Origin: an uncultured beta proteobacterium | GTDB taxonomy: Bacteria > Pseudomonadota > Gammaproteobacteria > Burkholderiales > Burkholderiaceae_F | Assembly: GCA_963786295.1 (NCBI GenBank) | Contig: CAWAYV010000018.1 | Coordinates: forward strand, 72,043 to 96,042 | DNA length: 24,000 nt | Reading direction: 5' to 3' | Shown: in pieces, positions 20,731 to 24,000 of the stretch | How positions within the stretch are numbered: position 1 is the first letter of the stretch | Layout of the letters: each line of letters starts with the position of its first letter | Translations under genes and position numbers: made by a program | The notes under the pieces: generated by a model | What the model was told of the DNA's origin: nothing | Databases searched by the model: none | What the model saw: only the letters and a program-made list of their open reading frames with translations

Positions 20731-21270
20731 TCATTCAGCGCGCAGCGCCGAGGCCATGCTCGCGAGCCGGCCACGCACCGTGCCATCGATTACTTCATCG
20801 CCGACCTTGATCAGCGCTCCGCCGATCAGCGCGCGATCAACGTGCAGTTGCGGCCGAACTTTGCGCTTGAAACGCCGCTCGAGATCACCGACGAGTTGCG
20901 CCAGCGCAGCGTCGTCGACCGGAAACGCACTTTCGATCTGCGCTTCGACAACGCCCTCGCGCTCATTCTTAAGCGACTCGAACAACGTCGCAATTTCCGG
21001 CAGCACCGCCAAGCGATCGTTTTGTATCAGCACGCGCACGAAGTTCTGCACTTCCGCGTTCAGCGTATCGCCGGCTCCCGCCGCAACGAGTCCGTACAGC
21101 TGCTCGGGCCCGACCTTTGGATCGCCGATCGCGTTATGCATATCGGCGTCCGAGACGATCATCGCCAGCCGTTGCAACGCCTGCGACCACGCCTGCAGCT
21201 TTCCGTCCGCGTCGGCCGCGGCAAAAATGGCTTCCGCGTACGGGCGAGCGATCGTCAGGTTCTCGGCCAT
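20731..21270 (-). CDS. atpH: F0F1 ATP synthase subunit delta
   Basis: 179 aa: [32 protein letters not shown].... Position between atpF and atpA. Confidence 0.93.
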   Translation of the reverse strand: MAENLTIARPYAEAIFAAADADGKLQAWSQALQRLAMIVSDADMHNAIGDPKVGPEQLYGLVAAGAGDTLNAEVQNFVRVLIQNDRLAVLPEIATLFESLKNEREGVVEAQIESAFPVDDAALAQLVGDLERRFKRKVRPQLHVDRALIGGALIKVGDEVIDGTVRGRLASMASALRAE

Positions 21271-21275
21271 ACAAC

Positions 21276-21749
21276 CTACCGCAACTGCTCACGGAGTTGT
21301 TTCAGCAAATCAGAGTGCGCCTGCGCGTTGACTTCCCGCTGCAAAATCTTCTCCGCGCCGGCGACCGCCAGCAGCGCGACTTGTTCGCGTAACTGATCCT
21401 TCGCGCTCGTCATCTGCTGCTCGATATCGGCCTGGGCGACTGCTTTTTCGCGTGCACCTTCGGCGCGCGCCGTGCTCTTGGCTTCCTCGATCATCTGCGC
21501 GGCGCGCTGCTCGGCCTGCAAGATGATCTGCGATGAGCGCTCGCGTGCTTCTCGCACCGATACGTCAGCCTGCTTCGACGCGTTTTCCAGCGTGACCCTG
21601 GCCTGCTCGGCATCGGCCAGCCCGGCGATGATCTTCTTCTGCCGCTCGTCGATCACACGGGTGATATACGGCCAAATGTACTTGTTGCAAAACCAGATAA
21701 AGAGCGCGAACGTGATCGCCTGCGCGATCAGGGTCAGGTTGAAGTTCAT
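21276..21749 (-). CDS. atpF: F0F1 ATP synthase subunit b
   Basis: 157 codons: [49 protein letters not shown].... One N-terminal TM helix followed by a long charged helix. Confidence 0.93.
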   Translation of the reverse strand: MNFNLTLIAQAITFALFIWFCNKYIWPYITRVIDERQKKIIAGLADAEQARVTLENASKQADVSVREARERSSQIILQAEQRAAQMIEEAKSTARAEGAREKAVAQADIEQQMTSAKDQLREQVALLAVAGAEKILQREVNAQAHSDLLKQLREQLR

Positions 21750-21761
21750 TGCTCGCGCGAA

Positions 21762-22035
<274 letters not shown>

Positions 22036-22049
22036 TGTTATCGCCCTTA

Positions 22050-22861
<812 letters not shown>

Positions 22862-22865
22862 GGCG

Positions 22866-23234
22866 CTATGTTTCCCTGACGAAAAGAGCCATCGAGAACA
22901 AGATCGTCGTAATCGCAAACGTCGCGATGAAGCCAAAAGCCACGACACTCTTGTACAGCAAGAAAACCGCCGCCAGGCCGGCGACGATCAAAAAAACTTT
23001 CAGGCCTTCGGCGATCAACGCGCTGGCGACCGCGGTTGCCGGATCGGCCGCCGGCTTACGTAACGCGAACCACGCCGCCGCCAATCCGGCCGTGATGCTG
23101 ATCGCGCCGCCGAGCGCGGCAGAGATCGCGCCGTGCGTGCCGGCGAACCAACCGAGTACGGCGATGGCTAACGCGGTGGCGAGAAGCTGCCACCTGAGCA
23201 CCGTTCGAATCGGGTGGCTCAGTGCGAAAGACAT
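22866..23234 (-). CDS. atpI: ATP synthase protein I-like small membrane protein
   Basis: 122 aa with four hydrophobic segments (MSFALSHPIRTVLRWQLLATALAIAVLGWF...). It is the first gene of the atp operon, directly upstream of atpB. The family call rests on position and topology. Confidence 0.65.
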   Translation of the reverse strand: MSFALSHPIRTVLRWQLLATALAIAVLGWFAGTHGAISAALGGAISITAGLAAAWFALRKPAADPATAVASALIAEGLKVFLIVAGLAAVFLLYKSVVAFGFIATFAITTILFSMALFVRET

Positions 23235-23283
23235 CGTGAACTAGGCGGGAGTTAGAGCAAGCCGGAAATAAAAAAAGCTGCGC

Positions 23284-23311
23284 ATTGTACTGCGCGGCGA
23301 GAAGGGGTCAA
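23284..23311 (-). promoter_or_regulatory. Candidate sigma70 promoter of the atp operon
   Basis: Minus strand TTGACC (23311..23306), 16 nt, TACAAT (23289..23284), in the 100-nt parB-atpI gap about 50 nt upstream of ATG 23234. A T7 run follows at 23271-23277. Confidence 0.55.
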
Positions 23312-23334
23312 AGCGCACTGGACGCGCGTCCGCG

Positions 23335-24000
23335 TCAGCGCCGGAGCCGTGCGACGATGCCTTCGAGTTGATCGAGGCTGGAAAATTTGATCGTCAGCTC
23401 GCCCTTGCCGCGCGGATCGGCCTGCAGCCGCACATCCGCAGCCAACGTATCGGCCAGCTCGTCTTCGAGCCGGACGATGTCGCGGCTGCGAGCTGGCGCC
23501 TTTTTCGATGCCTTGCGAGCTTTCACACCGCCCCCGCGCGCCACCAGCGCTTCAGTCGCGCGTACTGAAAGCTGCCCGGCCGCGATGCGGTTACCCAGTT
23601 GAATCTGCTGTGCAGCGCTTAGTGCGAGCAGTGCGCGTGCGTGCCCCATGTCCAACTTTCCATCCAGCACCATCTGCTGCACCGGCGCCGCAAGATTCGT
23701 AAGCCGCAATAAATTGGAGGTGGCGCTGCGCGAGCGGCCGATTGCCTGCGCGGCCTGTTCGTGAGTAAAGTGAAATTCGCGTATCAGCCGCTGCACTCCA
23801 TGCGCCTCCTCGAGCGGATTCAAGTCTTCGCGCTGGATGTTTTCGATCAGCGCCATCGCCAGCGCTGCGTTATCCGGCACCTGCTTGATGATGACCGGTA
23901 CTTCGTGCAGACCCGCAATGGCGGCCGCGCGCACACGACGCTCACCGGCAATGATCTCGTAGCCGTCGCCCTCATTGCTACCAACCGGGCGCACCAGAAC
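23335..24000 (-). CDS. parB: Chromosome partitioning protein ParB, C-terminal ~221 codons (gene continues right of the window)
   Basis: ...VRPVGSNEGDGYEIIAGERRVRAAAIAGLHEVPVIIKQVPDNAALAMALIENIQREDLNPLEEAHGVQRLIREFHFTHEQAAQAIGRSRSATSNLLRLTNL...: ParB box, HTH and C-terminal dimerisation region. The frame is open through position 24000. The leading M in the track ORF is an internal GTG. Confidence 0.93.
   Translation of the reverse strand, partial: VLVRPVGSNEGDGYEIIAGERRVRAAAIAGLHEVPVIIKQVPDNAALAMALIENIQREDLNPLEEAHGVQRLIREFHFTHEQAAQAIGRSRSATSNLLRLTNLAAPVQQMVLDGKLDMGHARALLALSAAQQIQLGNRIAAGQLSVRATEALVARGGGVKARKASKKAPARSRDIVRLEDELADTLAADVRLQADPRGKGELTIKFSSLDQLEGIVARLRR

Noticed and set aside
23320-23331. 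12-bp perfect palindrome GGACGCGCGTCC 3 nt after the parB stop (possible parS or terminator)
   Set aside because: It does not resemble the TGTTNCACGTGAAACA parS consensus, has no loop or U-run for a terminator, and a single GC-rich palindrome in a high-GC genome is not significant.

Overview
High-GC (by eye roughly 60%) proteobacterial core-chromosome segment with betaproteobacterial/Burkholderiales-type synteny. 25 of 27 genes lie on the minus strand. Right to left: parB (partial), a sigma70-type promoter, atpI-B-E-F-H-A-G-D-C, an intrinsic terminator, a ~90-codon C-terminal remnant of a TonB-dependent receptor, a TonB_C-domain lipoprotein, a small secreted Lys/Ala/Thr/Pro repeat protein, a terminator and hemE. 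Next come a 319-nt spacer with three same-orientation DnaA-box-like 9-mers, priA, a convergent plus-strand membrane-anchored dihaem cytochrome c5, tRNA-Arg(CCG), a DUF971-like gene, ubiE, a Tim44-like gene and ubiJ/ubiB (one uninterrupted ORF). The left end holds an HExxH lipoprotein translationally coupled to a TraB/GumN protein, a Na+/solute symporter, a plus-strand conserved lipoprotein and the 5' end of glmU (minus strand, missing from the ORF track). I find no CRISPR array, transposase/IS, integrase, phage or recognisable defence/toxin genes. I do not think the window hides a novel multi-gene system; it is mostly housekeeping. The strongest unexplained signal is roughly 17-20 single-base frame disruptions clustered in nine or ten conserved genes (including atpB, atpE, priA), while more than 12 kb of neighbouring genes are intact. 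This is either local consensus error (indels mostly 1-nt insertions, often extending short runs) or real gene decay; the truncated receptor remnant is the only clear case of real decay. Secondary points are the DnaA-box cluster between hemE and priA, the stop-less ubiJ-ubiB junction, and the uncharacterised exported HExxH-lipoprotein/GumN pair.
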